The notes under the pieces were generated by a model. That model was not told the origin of the DNA, did not search any database, and saw only the letters and a list, made by a program, of their open reading frames with translations. Source: Phyllobates terribilis (Eukaryota). From it: DNA of 64,000 nucleotides. Shown here one piece after another: positions 54,151-64,000 of the stretch. Position 1 is the first letter of the stretch; each line of letters starts with the position of its first letter. A program made the translations under genes and the position numbers. The DNA lies in assembly GCF_046119375.1 (NCBI RefSeq), contig NW_027362761.1:932790001-932854000 (forward strand), read 5' to 3'.

Positions 54151-54190
54151 TTGCTCGGGCACCTCCATTTTGGAGGAGGTGCCTTATATA
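54151..54190 (-). promoter_or_regulatory. LTR TATA box and predicted transcription start / self-primer
   Basis: TATATAA at 54190-54184; GCCCGAGCAA begins 30 nt downstream and is complementary to the PBS at 53226-53237. Confidence 0.75.
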
Positions 54191-54224
54191 TGGTGAAGTC
54201 CTTCGGCCATTGGCCGGGGACTCC

Positions 54225-57200
54225 TTAGGACGGCGCGCGTGGCCCCTTTAAGAGGGAGGGAGAGCGCGCGCGCGCCCTAAGCACAGTGGCCGGGAAGGAG
54301 CGCGCGCTGCCAGCAGAGCGGGAGGAGGACGCCGGGCACGGAGCAAGGAGGTGAGGGGAACAGCGTCCCTGCCTAGCAGAGGGCAGGGACGCCGGCGCTA
54401 CAGTACCCCCCCCTTTAGGCCCCCCCTTTTTTAGGCCAGACAGAAATTTAGCAAGGATAAGAGGGGCATGGATGTTCTCCCGGGGCTCCCACGTTCTCTC
54501 CTCAGGACCAAACCCCTTCCAATCTACTAGAAAAAAGGTCTTTCCTCTTACCCTTTTAGTGGCAAGAATGTTCTCTACCTCAAACTCGTCCTCAGCAGAA
54601 ACCGGAGCAGGAGGCGTACCTGTAGACTTGGAAAAAGCGTTAAGTACCACAGGTTTGAGGAGAGATACATGGAAGGAGTTAGGGATCCGTAAGTTGGCCG
54701 GGAGTTTCAATTTATAGGCCACCGGGTTGATCTGACTGATGACCTCCAGGGGGCCGATGAACCGAGGCCCTAACTTGTAAGAAGGTATCTTGAGTCGGAC
54801 ATATTTAGATGAGAGCCAGACTTTATCTCCGGGACGAAATTGTGGAGGATCCAGGCGTTTTTTGTCTGCGTGTCTTTTCATCCGTTCGGACGACTGAAGT
54901 AGTGCGGATCAGGTACTCTCCCAAATGGAGGAAAATTTGCTAACGAGAGATTCCGCAGCCGGGTTGTCCACAGAGGTGGAGACAGGAAAAGGAATCCGAG
55001 GATGCTGACCGAAGACTACAAAAAACGGGGATTTGGAGGAGGATTCGCTCTCGTGATTGTTATAAGAGAACTCGGCCCATGGTAGGAGATCCACCCAGTC
55101 AGAATGATGGGCATTAACGAAGTGCCAGAGGTAACTGGTCAGGTTCTGATTGATCCGCTCCACTTGACCATTGGACTGTGGGTGGTAAGCGGAAGAGAAG
55201 TCCAGGGTGACATCTAGCAGTTTACAAGTGGCTCTCCAGAAGCGTGAGGTGAACTGTACCCCACGATCCGACACGATGTGGAGGGGCAGGCCATGAAGAC
55301 GAAAGATGTGATGAATAAAGTCTTTAGCTAGCTCGGGTGCAGACGGGAGGCCTGGCAGGGGAACGAAATGAGCCATCTTGGAGAAGCGGTCAGCGACCAC
55401 CCAAAATGACCGTACAACCGGCAGAGACTGGGAGGTCTGTTATAAAGTCCATTGCTATATGCTGCCAGGGGGCAGCAGGTACTGGGAGTGGAAGGAGGCG
55501 ACCGGCTGGCAGATGTCTCGGAACCTTGTTGCGGGCGCAGGACACACAGGCAGAAACAAAGTCTATTACGTCCTTGTGCAGGGTAGGCCACCAGTAGTGC
55601 CGGGTAATAAGCTGGAGGGTCTTTTTCTGACCGGCATGGCCAGCTAGTTTAGACGAGTGACCCCAGTGAAGGATCTTCTCCCGATCAGGTACTGATACGA
55701 ACGTCTTTCCGGGAGGGAGACGATTTAGACTCACGGGAGCCACCTGCATTACTCTGGCGGGATCGATGATGTGTTTCGGATCTTCCTCGAGATCAGACAC
55801 CAGAAAGGATCGAGACAAGGCGTCCGCCTTGACGTTTTTGTCAGCCGGGCGAAAATGAAGAACAAAATCAAAGCGAGCAAAAAACAAGGACCACCGGGCT
55901 TGGCGCGGGTTAAGTCTCTGGGCATGCTGGAGGTAAGCCAAGTTCTTGTGGTCAGTGTAAATTATTACCGGGTGAAGAGCCCCCTCGAGCAGTTAACGCC
56001 ACTCCTCCAATGCCAGTTTGATGGCCAATAACTCTCGGTCTCCTATGGAATAATTGCGCTCTGAGGAGGAGAAGAGTTTAGAGAAGAAGCCGCAAGTTAC
56101 CATCCTCCCGGAAGATGATTTTTGAGTAAGTACCGCTCCGGCTCCAGAGGAGGAGGCGTCAACTTCCAGGAAGAACTGCTTGTTGCCGTCCGGGCGATGC
56201 AGCACCGGGGCGGAAGAGAAGGCCCGTTTTAAGGAAAGGAAGGCCTCCTCTGCTTCGGGTGGCCACTCTTTGGGATTAGTACCCTTACGGGTGAGCGCGG
56301 AAATTGGAGCAGTCCGGGAAGAGAAGTGTGGTATGAAGAGGCGGTAGTAGTTGGCGAAGCCCAGGAACCGCTGAATGGCCTTCAACCCCTCCGGTCGAGG
56401 CCATTTCTCGATGGCAGACAGTTTCTCTGGATCCATTCGTAGGCCGGTCTGAGAAATAATGTAGCCCAAAAACGGAAGCGAGGTCTGCTCAAAGAGGCAC
56501 TTCTCGTATTTAGCGAAGAGGTGATTCTGCCTGAGCCTGAGCAGGACCTGACGAACGTCCCTCCGGTGAGTCTGGAGATCCGGAGAGAAGACCAAGATGT
56601 CGTCCAAGTACACCACTACGCAGGAGTAGAGAAGGTCCCGGAAGATGTCATTGACCAACTCTTGAAAGACGGCAGGAGCGTTACAGAGGCCAAAGGGCAT
56701 TACCAGATATTCATAGTGGCCGTCCCGGGTGTTGAATGCCGTCTTCCATTCATCCCCCTGACGGATACGAACCAGGTTGTACGCCCCACGGAGGTCCAGT
56801 TTGGTGAAGATTCTAGCCCCTCTCAGACGATCAAATAACTCCGGAATGAGCGGAAGGGGGTACTTATTCTTCACCGTGATCTGGTTAAGGCCTCTATAGT
56901 CTATACAGGGACGGAGAGAGCCATCCTTCTTTTTTACGAAGAAGAAGCCTGCTCCCGCCGGGGAGGTAGATTTCCGGATGAATCCCCTGGCCAGATTCTC
57001 CTCAATATATTCGGACATTGACCGGGTCTCAGCAGCGGATAATGGATAAATACGCCCACGGGGAGGAGTAGTACCGGGTAACAAGTCGATAGGGCAGTCG
57101 TATGGTCTATGAGGGGGTAGTGTCTCTGCTTCCTTTTTATTAAAGACATCAGCATAAGACCAATAAGGAATCGGAAGTCCAGGTAGATTAGCTGGGGTAG

Positions 57201-57672
57201 GAGAAGGACGGACGGGATGGACGGGAACCAGACAGGTCTTATGGCAGTCCTGTCCCCAGCGAAGGACTTCTCCGGTCTGCCAGTCAAGCACGGGTGCATG
57301 TCTTTGGAGCCAAGGTAGACCTAGCAGGAGGGCGTGAGAGAGTCCAGGCAGAACATGAAAGGAGATACTCTCAGAATGCAGCATTCCCACCTGCAGAGTA
57401 ATGGATTCGGTGATGAGTTGGATGGGGCGTGGTAAGAGACCCCCATCCACGGCAGCAACAGACAAGGGTACAGCCAGAGGTTTGGTGGGGATGTGGTATT
57501 TCTCTACCAGGGACTGTGAAATAAGATTCCCGGCTGCTCCAGAGTCCAGTTGGGCTAGTTCGAAATAACGGTTCTCCCCGAAGACGATTGAAACTGACAG
57601 CAGCAGAGATGGAGAGGATTTATTCTTGTCTAGGTCGACCTCTCTGAGCGAACCTAGACACAGGCGTTTCCC
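54225..57672 (-). pseudogene. pol: pol of unit 2 with the same two stops plus a 1-bp insertion in integrase
   Basis: TAA at 55993-55995, TGA at 54909-54911; cccaaaatgacc at about 55400 versus cccaaatgacc in unit 1. Confidence 0.93.
57604..57672 (-). promoter_or_regulatory. -1 ribosomal frameshift cassette (G GGA AAC plus stem/pseudoknot); second copy at about 52243-52311
   Basis: Heptamer is in the gag frame; the -1 frame is open into protease; 5-nt spacer then 9-bp stem UGUCUAGGU/ACCUAGACA. Confidence 0.85.
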
Positions 57673-58604
57673 GACCTCTCTGGGCAGGCACGGATCCGGT
57701 GCTCCTTACTGCCACAGTAGAAGCAGCTCCCCTCGGCACGGCGTAAGTCCTGACGGGTTTTGACCATCTTGGTCTGGTCGACCTGCATAGGCTCAGGAGA
57801 GTGTACCTGGGGAGAGACGGAGGGAGTGACGGGTTTCTGAAAAGTAGGAGCTAGACGTGGAAACCTCCTCTCACGGGCGACCTCTTTGGCACGCTCCTGG
57901 AACCGTAGGTCAATCCGGGTGGCAAGAGTTATTAGGTCATCGAGAGTGGTAGGAACGTCCCGACCGGCAAGTTCATCTTTAATACGGCCGGACAGACCCT
58001 CCCAGAAGACGGATACCAGAGCGTCGTTATCCCAGGCCAGCTCCGAGGCAAGGGTACGGAACCGTATGGCATATTGGCCCACGGTGAGACTTCCCTGACG
58101 GAGGCGTAGCAGAGATGATGCGGATGAGGTCTTCCGTCCGGGTTCGTCGAAGACTTTCCGGAAAGCCGTGAGGAAGGCAGGCAAGTCGGACACCAGGGGG
58201 TCTCCTCTCTCCCATAGAGGATTTAGCCAGGCCAGGGCCTCCCCGGTGAGATGGGACATGATGAAGGCAATTTTGGCCCGGTCGGAGTTAAACTGGTGGG
58301 ACAATAGTTCAAAGTGCAGGATGCACTGATTAATGAAGCCCCGAGCCTGGGCGGAGTCGCCTCCGAAGCGAGGAGGTGCAGAAAGCCGGGGTCCGGGGTA
58401 GGATGCCATGGTATTGGTGGGCAGCGGAGCTGCCGGGTTGCGAGTCATGGCACTGGCGGAGGTTGCTGGTGGAGCAGTCAGAGTGTCCAGGTGAGTATTG
58501 ACATTCCGCAGGTGACCCAGGATGGACTCCTGTTGGGACCTTTGACGGGACAGTTCATGACACAGGTCCGAGAGCGAGAGAGCTTGGGTGCCACCGGGTT
58601 CCAT
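57654..58604 (-). CDS. gag: gag of unit 2, intact, with CCHC zinc knuckle
   Basis: MEPGGTQALS...CFYCGSKEHRIRAC PERSGNACV*. Confidence 0.9.
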   Translation of the reverse strand: MEPGGTQALSLSDLCHELSRQRSQQESILGHLRNVNTHLDTLTAPPATSASAMTRNPAAPLPTNTMASYPGPRLSAPPRFGGDSAQARGFINQCILHFELLSHQFNSDRAKIAFIMSHLTGEALAWLNPLWERGDPLVSDLPAFLTAFRKVFDEPGRKTSSASSLLRLRQGSLTVGQYAIRFRTLASELAWDNDALVSVFWEGLSGRIKDELAGRDVPTTLDDLITLATRIDLRFQERAKEVARERRFPRLAPTFQKPVTPSVSPQVHSPEPMQVDQTKMVKTRQDLRRAEGSCFYCGSKEHRIRACPERSGNACV

Positions 58605-59549
58605 GGCCCGAGCAAACTGCAACGGGTCTGGGAGGCGGAACCTCTGAGCTACTATACAAGGGGGCGGTCCTTGTAAGGGAGCGGGTGGCGACCAGGGAAG
58701 ACGGGCAGGAAGTCACAGCAGGTGACCGGGACAGTCTCTGAATGAACGGGCAGATGGTCACGGCAAGTGACCGGGGCAGTCTCTGGATGAACGGGCAGAT
58801 GGTCACGGCAAGTGGCCGGGGCAGTCTCTGGATGAACGGGCAGATGGTCACGGCAAGTGGCCGGGGCAGTCTCTGGATGAACGGGCAGATGGTCACGGCA
58901 AGTGACCGGGGCAATCTCTAGGTAAAGGGTTGGTACGACCTGTGGCGGCTGATGATAGACGTGGGCTCCCAGGTGAGCAGGCGAGAGTCTCTGGATGAAC
59001 GGGTGGTCACAGCATGTGACGGCGGAGTCTCCAGGAAGACCAACAGACAGGCGGCAGATGAGCGCTCCCAGGTGAGCGGGCAGAAGTCTCTGGACAGGCG
59101 GGTGGTCACAGCACGTGACGGCAGAGCCTCCAGGTAGGCTAGCAGACAGGCAGCAGATGAGCTCTCCCAGGTGAGCGGGCAGGAGTCACTGGACAGGCAG
59201 GTGGTCACAGCACGTGACAGCGGAGCCTCCAGGTAGGCTAGCAGACAGGTAGCAGATGTGTGCTCCAAGGTGAGCAGGCAAGCTGGTCCATAGACAGACT
59301 GACAGGAGTTGGAAGGCAGACCGTCGGACCTCAGGCAAGCAGGCAGGTGGCTGATGTGCGCTCCCAGGTGAGCGAGCAGGCTGGTCCTTAGACAGACTGA
59401 CAGGAGTAGTAAGGCAGACCGTCGGACCTCAGACTAGCAGGCAGGTAGCAGATAATCAGGCAGGAATCTGGCAGGATAACTGGCAACGGGACCTGAGGGC
59501 TGAAGCAGAGTAGAGAACAGTGCAACAACATTGCTCGGGCACCTCCATT

Positions 59550-59776
59550 ATGTTTGAATCACTCCCGTGTTCATGATTTGCGACTGTTTGACAGCTTTAA
59601 TACATGTAAGGAATGTGTAAGAAATAGACATTGCTCACATGTATTAAAGCTGTGAAACAGTTGCAAATCATGCACACAGGAGTGATTCAAACATATCACA
59701 GAGCAGCTGTAACTACTCAGTGCTCACCCGAGCATACTCGGCGAAAGGGTTAACAAAACATACTCGCTCATCACTA
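59550..59776. mobile_element. hAT-type MITE right half with an about 58-bp-arm hairpin (59550-59694)
   Basis: Ends tactcgctcatcacta; atgtttgaatcactc.../...gagtgattcaaacat arms. Confidence 0.75.
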
Positions 59777-59789
59777 ATAGTAATAGTTC

Positions 59790-60645
59790 TCGCATTGTGC
59801 CCTCTATATGGTAAACTTGCCCTTAGAAATGATTAATGCTCTGTGCAAATGCCCTAGAAAACAGTGTCCACATTTGCCCTTTTGACTGCCATGAAACTCT
59901 GAGTGCCCCTATAATAATAATACTTTTTAAGTTCCCACTTAACATTTAATAATGTCCACTGAGTCCCCCAATATACAGCTCCTCTATGCACAGTATGGTA
60001 GTCCCACAGCTCCCTTAAACAAAGCATGATGTCCCCTCAGCCCCACTCTATGCAGTATATGACCACAGCTCCCCTATACACAATAAAATGCCCTCACAGC
60101 TTCCCTATACACAGTATGGAGGACCCACAGCTCCCCAATACACAGCATGGTGGGACCACAACTCCCTTGTACCTAGAATGATGCCCCCACTGCTCCCCCA
60201 AAACACTGTTTAATGACCCTAACAGTAGACCTCACACCACATAATGACTCCCACAGTAGATCCCCAACTGTATAATTGCTCTCACTCTGTATAATGGCCA
60301 CCACAGTAGCTCTCACCCAATCCAGTATTCTGACGAGTCCATCTGCAAGGCCCGGGCAGACCAACGTACTGTCATTGCACTAGCACACACGTAGAATGCC
60401 AGAGTACTAGCGTGGCACAATGATGTCACCCCGCCTGATATCTGACCTATGCGCCTGTGCCTCGGCTGTTCAATTGACTGCAGGCTTATAGCGACCTGCG
60501 GTCTACAGAACTTAAAGCAGTAGTACTGTTTAAATGTATTGCGTGCTGTGCATGCTGATCAGTTAGGGGTGGCGTAGCTCTGGTGGACCCTTCATAGCAT
60601 GGGGCCCATGGGCAACCACATCTTTTGCCCCCCCAGTATCTATGC
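59790..60645. mobile_element. Decayed MITE with degenerate ccacagctcccc-type tandem repeats
   Basis: Repeated cacagctcccc..tacacag.atg units at 59975-60280; terminus ...tatctatgctactg. Confidence 0.45.
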
Positions 60646-60649
60646 TACT

Positions 60650-60938
60650 GCCACCAGGGCATATTTAGTTACAATAACTCAAATAGAGTTTAATTTTTCA
60701 ACAATAGGGCAGGCATAATAAAGGTCATCTGTGCAAGGATACTTTGAGTAACCCTTGCTCTCTCTTCCAGTGCATCACAAGATAAAATGAATGAAGTCAT
60801 TCAAAAGTGCAACGCACACCTAAAAAAACAAGCCTTCATATACTTATGTGGACAGAAAAAAAAAGAGTTATGGCTCATACAAAAAGGGGAGGAAAAGACG
60901 AAAATGAAATAATGGAAAATTGGCCGGGGGTGAAGGAG
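60650..60938. mobile_element. piggyBac-type element terminal fragment
   Basis: Ends ggggtgaaggag|TTAA. Confidence 0.5.
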
Positions 60939-61755
60939 TTAAAGAGGTATATTTTAATGTTTATAATAAAAATTTGAAATTTCTGATTATACATTTGTTA
61001 TGAACTAAATTTGCAGCATTTTCAAGCTGCTTATGTGTGTGCTGCTTGATAATTGCTAAATGGAATATTTCATTTTTAGAAACAATTATATAATTGTTTA
61101 ACTAATTTTTAATTCTTGTACGTCACAACGTTTTTAAATCAATAACTTTCATTTAATATGTATTTTCCAAATATTGCATTGCAAAATTCTTAGTGTTTCT
61201 TTTCACAAGTTAAGAAATGAATGGCAAAGCAGAAGGATACCTTGCAAAAATATTGGCAGCACACTTGAATAGCAATATTCCAACATGTTTAGCACATCTA
61301 GTAATGACAGGAGGTGATTCATGTCATTGATGCTAAACCAGATGGCCCCTATAGAGCCAGATAATCACTTAAGCAAATGTGTTAAGAAGAAAAAAATCAT
61401 TTTGCAGTGAAATTCATTCTGCTGCATGTTACAAAATAATTAACTAATTTGAAAATGAAGGTATTGAATTTATAAAACTTACAACAGATCTAAAGGTTAA
61501 AAAATTCTTTATAAATGGCTCAATCAAATGTGGCATTGTAATTAATTGTTTATTGTCTTCATTTAATTTTTGAGCTCTGTACTAGAACATTTCATTAAAA
61601 TTTAAATAAAAACTATTCTCCATAGTTTTTATGACAAACATTTTACACAGTCATCATACAAGTTGTATTCTTAACAAATTCAAATGAAGAAATTTATTTT
61701 AAAAATCATATTCACTATTATTTCATATAAAAATTACTTCATGAGTCTATTTAGA

Positions 61756-61864
61756 TAGTGATGAGCAAATCAGCGAAAAAATTTATTTATAGATTTGCTT
61801 AAATTAGTCCAAGAAAATTGATTTACTTTGAATTTATTTCATTTAAAATTAATTCATATTATTA

Positions 61865-61902
<38 letters not shown>

Positions 61903-61903
61903 T
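61756..61903. mobile_element. hAT terminal fragment followed by (ATT)n microsatellite
   Basis: tagtgatgagcaaatc...; (att)n at about 61860-61903. Confidence 0.6.
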
Positions 61904-62934
61904 AGGGTCTCTGAGCCCTCACAACAGAAAAAACATAGATTAAAAAAATAAATAAAATATGCTCACTCCTACAGCACAGTTCAGTTATCTTCTTTGGTCC
62001 AGTCTTCAATAGGACATCTCCAGTAAAGTCAACCTTTTCTGGTATCTCCTGCACTGATATCTTGATGTGAGTTTTTGGTGACATACACGATGATGCTTGG
62101 AGGCAGCAAAGATGGCAGAGATAGCCAGTTGCTAGAGAAGACGAAGGTGGCCCAGTAGATACCAAACCACTATTTTGCATATTTCACTATAGAAAAAACC
62201 CAACATAAAAGCATAATAAGCAAATCCCTGAAGTAAATAAATTAGGTGTAATAGTGCATGAAAATAATATAGGGTGCTTAGTCAACATAATTTTGATCAA
62301 AAAATGTAAAAGCTATCCCACCATGTCACGGTTACCCTATTCGGGACGGTCCTAACCTCTAATATTAAAACCTTACCATTTGCAAGTGATGTGCATGTGG
62401 ATAACTGTTGAGAAGGACAGACTCGGTTAATTGACACACAGCCATTGGGAACTGCATGAATGTAATGTCTAGCTCACGTAGTTCCCCATGGCTGCATTAG
62501 GGAATCAACAGAATGAGGAGTCTTATCTGGTCGGGTTGGTGATGGAAATGTGAAAAGTCAAATGTGTTGCTGTTGCAGATGAGTTGTGGCTGGAGAAATT
62601 ATGTGCAGTAAGTCTGGGCCAGATGGAAAAGATGGGAAAAGTGTATGACTCAATCAGAAGGAAATCTTTAGTCATTATTTGCAACTGTACTGTAATATTT
62701 TATATGTTCTGAAGGACTGGTGTATACCAGTATATGGTCACCGTATGGCAGTAATAACTGTGCTGGTCGTTGTTTGGTGATTTATTTTCAGTAACAGTGC
62801 AGTTATCTGCTGAGGTTTCCCTATACTCAAAATTAGGGTGTGCTACCATAGTTGTAATAAGAATAATCTGGTTAGAGGCCCACTCACATGTTTTGTTCCC
62901 TTTGAGCTGAACCACTAGCTATGAATCTGGCCTT

Positions 62935-63185
62935 AAATTCTTGCTAGTGAAGAACAATGCCCAGCCTCATTTTGCCAGAATGTGTAGGCAATTTCTTGAT
63001 GGCAAAGCTATTGATGCCATTGACTGTCCCTTATGTTCTCCAGACCTGAATCCAATTGAGAACCCCTGGGACTTTTGCAATAGTGCAACTAAGGACACCA
63101 ATGTAGTAACTTAGACTGCCCAAAAGTTTGATAATTTGCTCATCCAGGTCTGAAAGGATATCCGCAAGGACAAAATCAACCTGTT
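62935..63185 (+). mobile_element. Tc1 transposase C-terminal fragment
   Basis: LLVKNNAQPHFARMCRQFL...CSPDLNPIENPW. Confidence 0.7.
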
Positions 63186-63799
63186 ATGATGTGTAGCAAC
63201 TCACTTGGGAAAAAGGGAAAAACACTAAAAGCTGTAACTTACCCTTTACAGACTAAAGATCCTGACCCTACAGTCCCTAGCAATGCATGAGTTGAGATAG
63301 CCCTAACCACAGACTAGATGATAGGCCTATGCTGCTTGAAAGGCCATCGAATGCTTCATGTATCTCCTAAGGAATCGGAAAGCAGAGCAGAGTGCATATT
63401 ACCTACAGAAGGGAAGTGTGCTGAAATAGAAAGAAAGTGAGTAAAACAAACCACAAAATACAAAATAAAGGATTAACTATGTTCTGCTCTATAATTTGCT
63501 GCCTACTTCCTAAAAAGAAAGAGAAGAAAGGTGAGCGTGAAGACCAAAAACAGCAGAGAGATAATTCCAAGCTTATCTTCCACTAAGTGGTTTAAACTAC
63601 AGTAGTATGGCTGGACATCCAAATGAGATTATCACCAGCTGTAAATACCAGCAGGGGAAAATTAAGTAAAGAAGCACCTGAAAGGTGATAGGGCAGAAAA
63701 TGAGTAAATGAAAACACCTGTTACCCTAAAAAACCTGAAGCAAGGATAGCAGAAACTAAATGCCCGGAGAAAATGTGTATCTTCTGTGGCTTGGCGTAT

Positions 63800-63925
63800 A
63801 GAGAAGCCACAGAAGATACACAAAGCACAGTCTCAAGGTTCGAACTCAGACGCATGACACCACCAACTTTTCAAGAGCATGCCCAGATGTATCAGAAGTG
63901 CATTAAGGCACATGGGGGCTATATA
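63800..63925 (+). mobile_element. Possible mariner transposase C-terminal fragment
   Basis: FQEHAQMYQKCIKAHGGYI resembles the mariner terminal motif. Confidence 0.45.
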
Positions 63926-64000
63926 TGCTGCTGTGTCACATTACTAGTTGAAGTCATAAAATTTATCTAAATTGAATCTGCCAGCTATTTCAATTTTTTA

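Larger units (their letters stand above)
47970..59549 (-). mobile_element. Head-to-tail tandem array of a Ty3/gypsy chromovirus (sushi/Tf1 group): LTR-int-LTR-int-truncated LTR
   Basis: LTRs at 47970-49042, 53238-54402 and 58618-59549; internal regions 49043-53237 and 54403-58617 nearly identical; polypurine tract aaagggggggggtac before each TGTAGCG. Confidence 0.97.

Noticed and set aside
49112-58676. Plus-strand ORFs overlapping gag and pol
   Set aside because: Antisense shadows of GC-rich coding sequence, duplicated only because the unit is duplicated
60320-60365. CTGACGAG followed by a hairpin, as a possible third hammerhead
   Set aside because: No GAAA core or stem II/III arrangement downstream

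Overview
This is eukaryotic, transposon-saturated DNA. The repeat landscape (TAGTGATGAGCG-ended hAT elements, TTAA-flanked T2/Kolobok- and piggyBac-type MITEs, several Tc1 families) suggests an anuran amphibian; that assignment is an inference. I found no host protein-coding exon, rRNA, tRNA or CRISPR that I can support. Contents: three degenerate hAT transposase loci; about seven Tc1-type elements, one with DD37E (TRT-like) spacing; L1 and RTE LINE remnants, each split by a solo LTR with a TSD; a decayed Gmr1-like gypsy element (PR-INT-RT-RH order); a Chapaev3-like transposase remnant; many MITEs and tandem repeats; and an 11.6-kb minus-strand head-to-tail LTR-int-LTR-int-LTR array of a young sushi/Tf1-type chromovirus. 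Highlights: (i) a 346-bp TSD-flanked insertion carrying a complete type I hammerhead ribozyme (retrozyme/Penelope-like); (ii) the chromovirus has no tRNA PBS but a PBS complementary to its own predicted 5' end (Tf1-type self-priming), plus a PEG10-like GGGAAAC -1 frameshift site with a stem or pseudoknot; (iii) both tandem units share two identical nonsense codons, so the duplication postdates inactivation.
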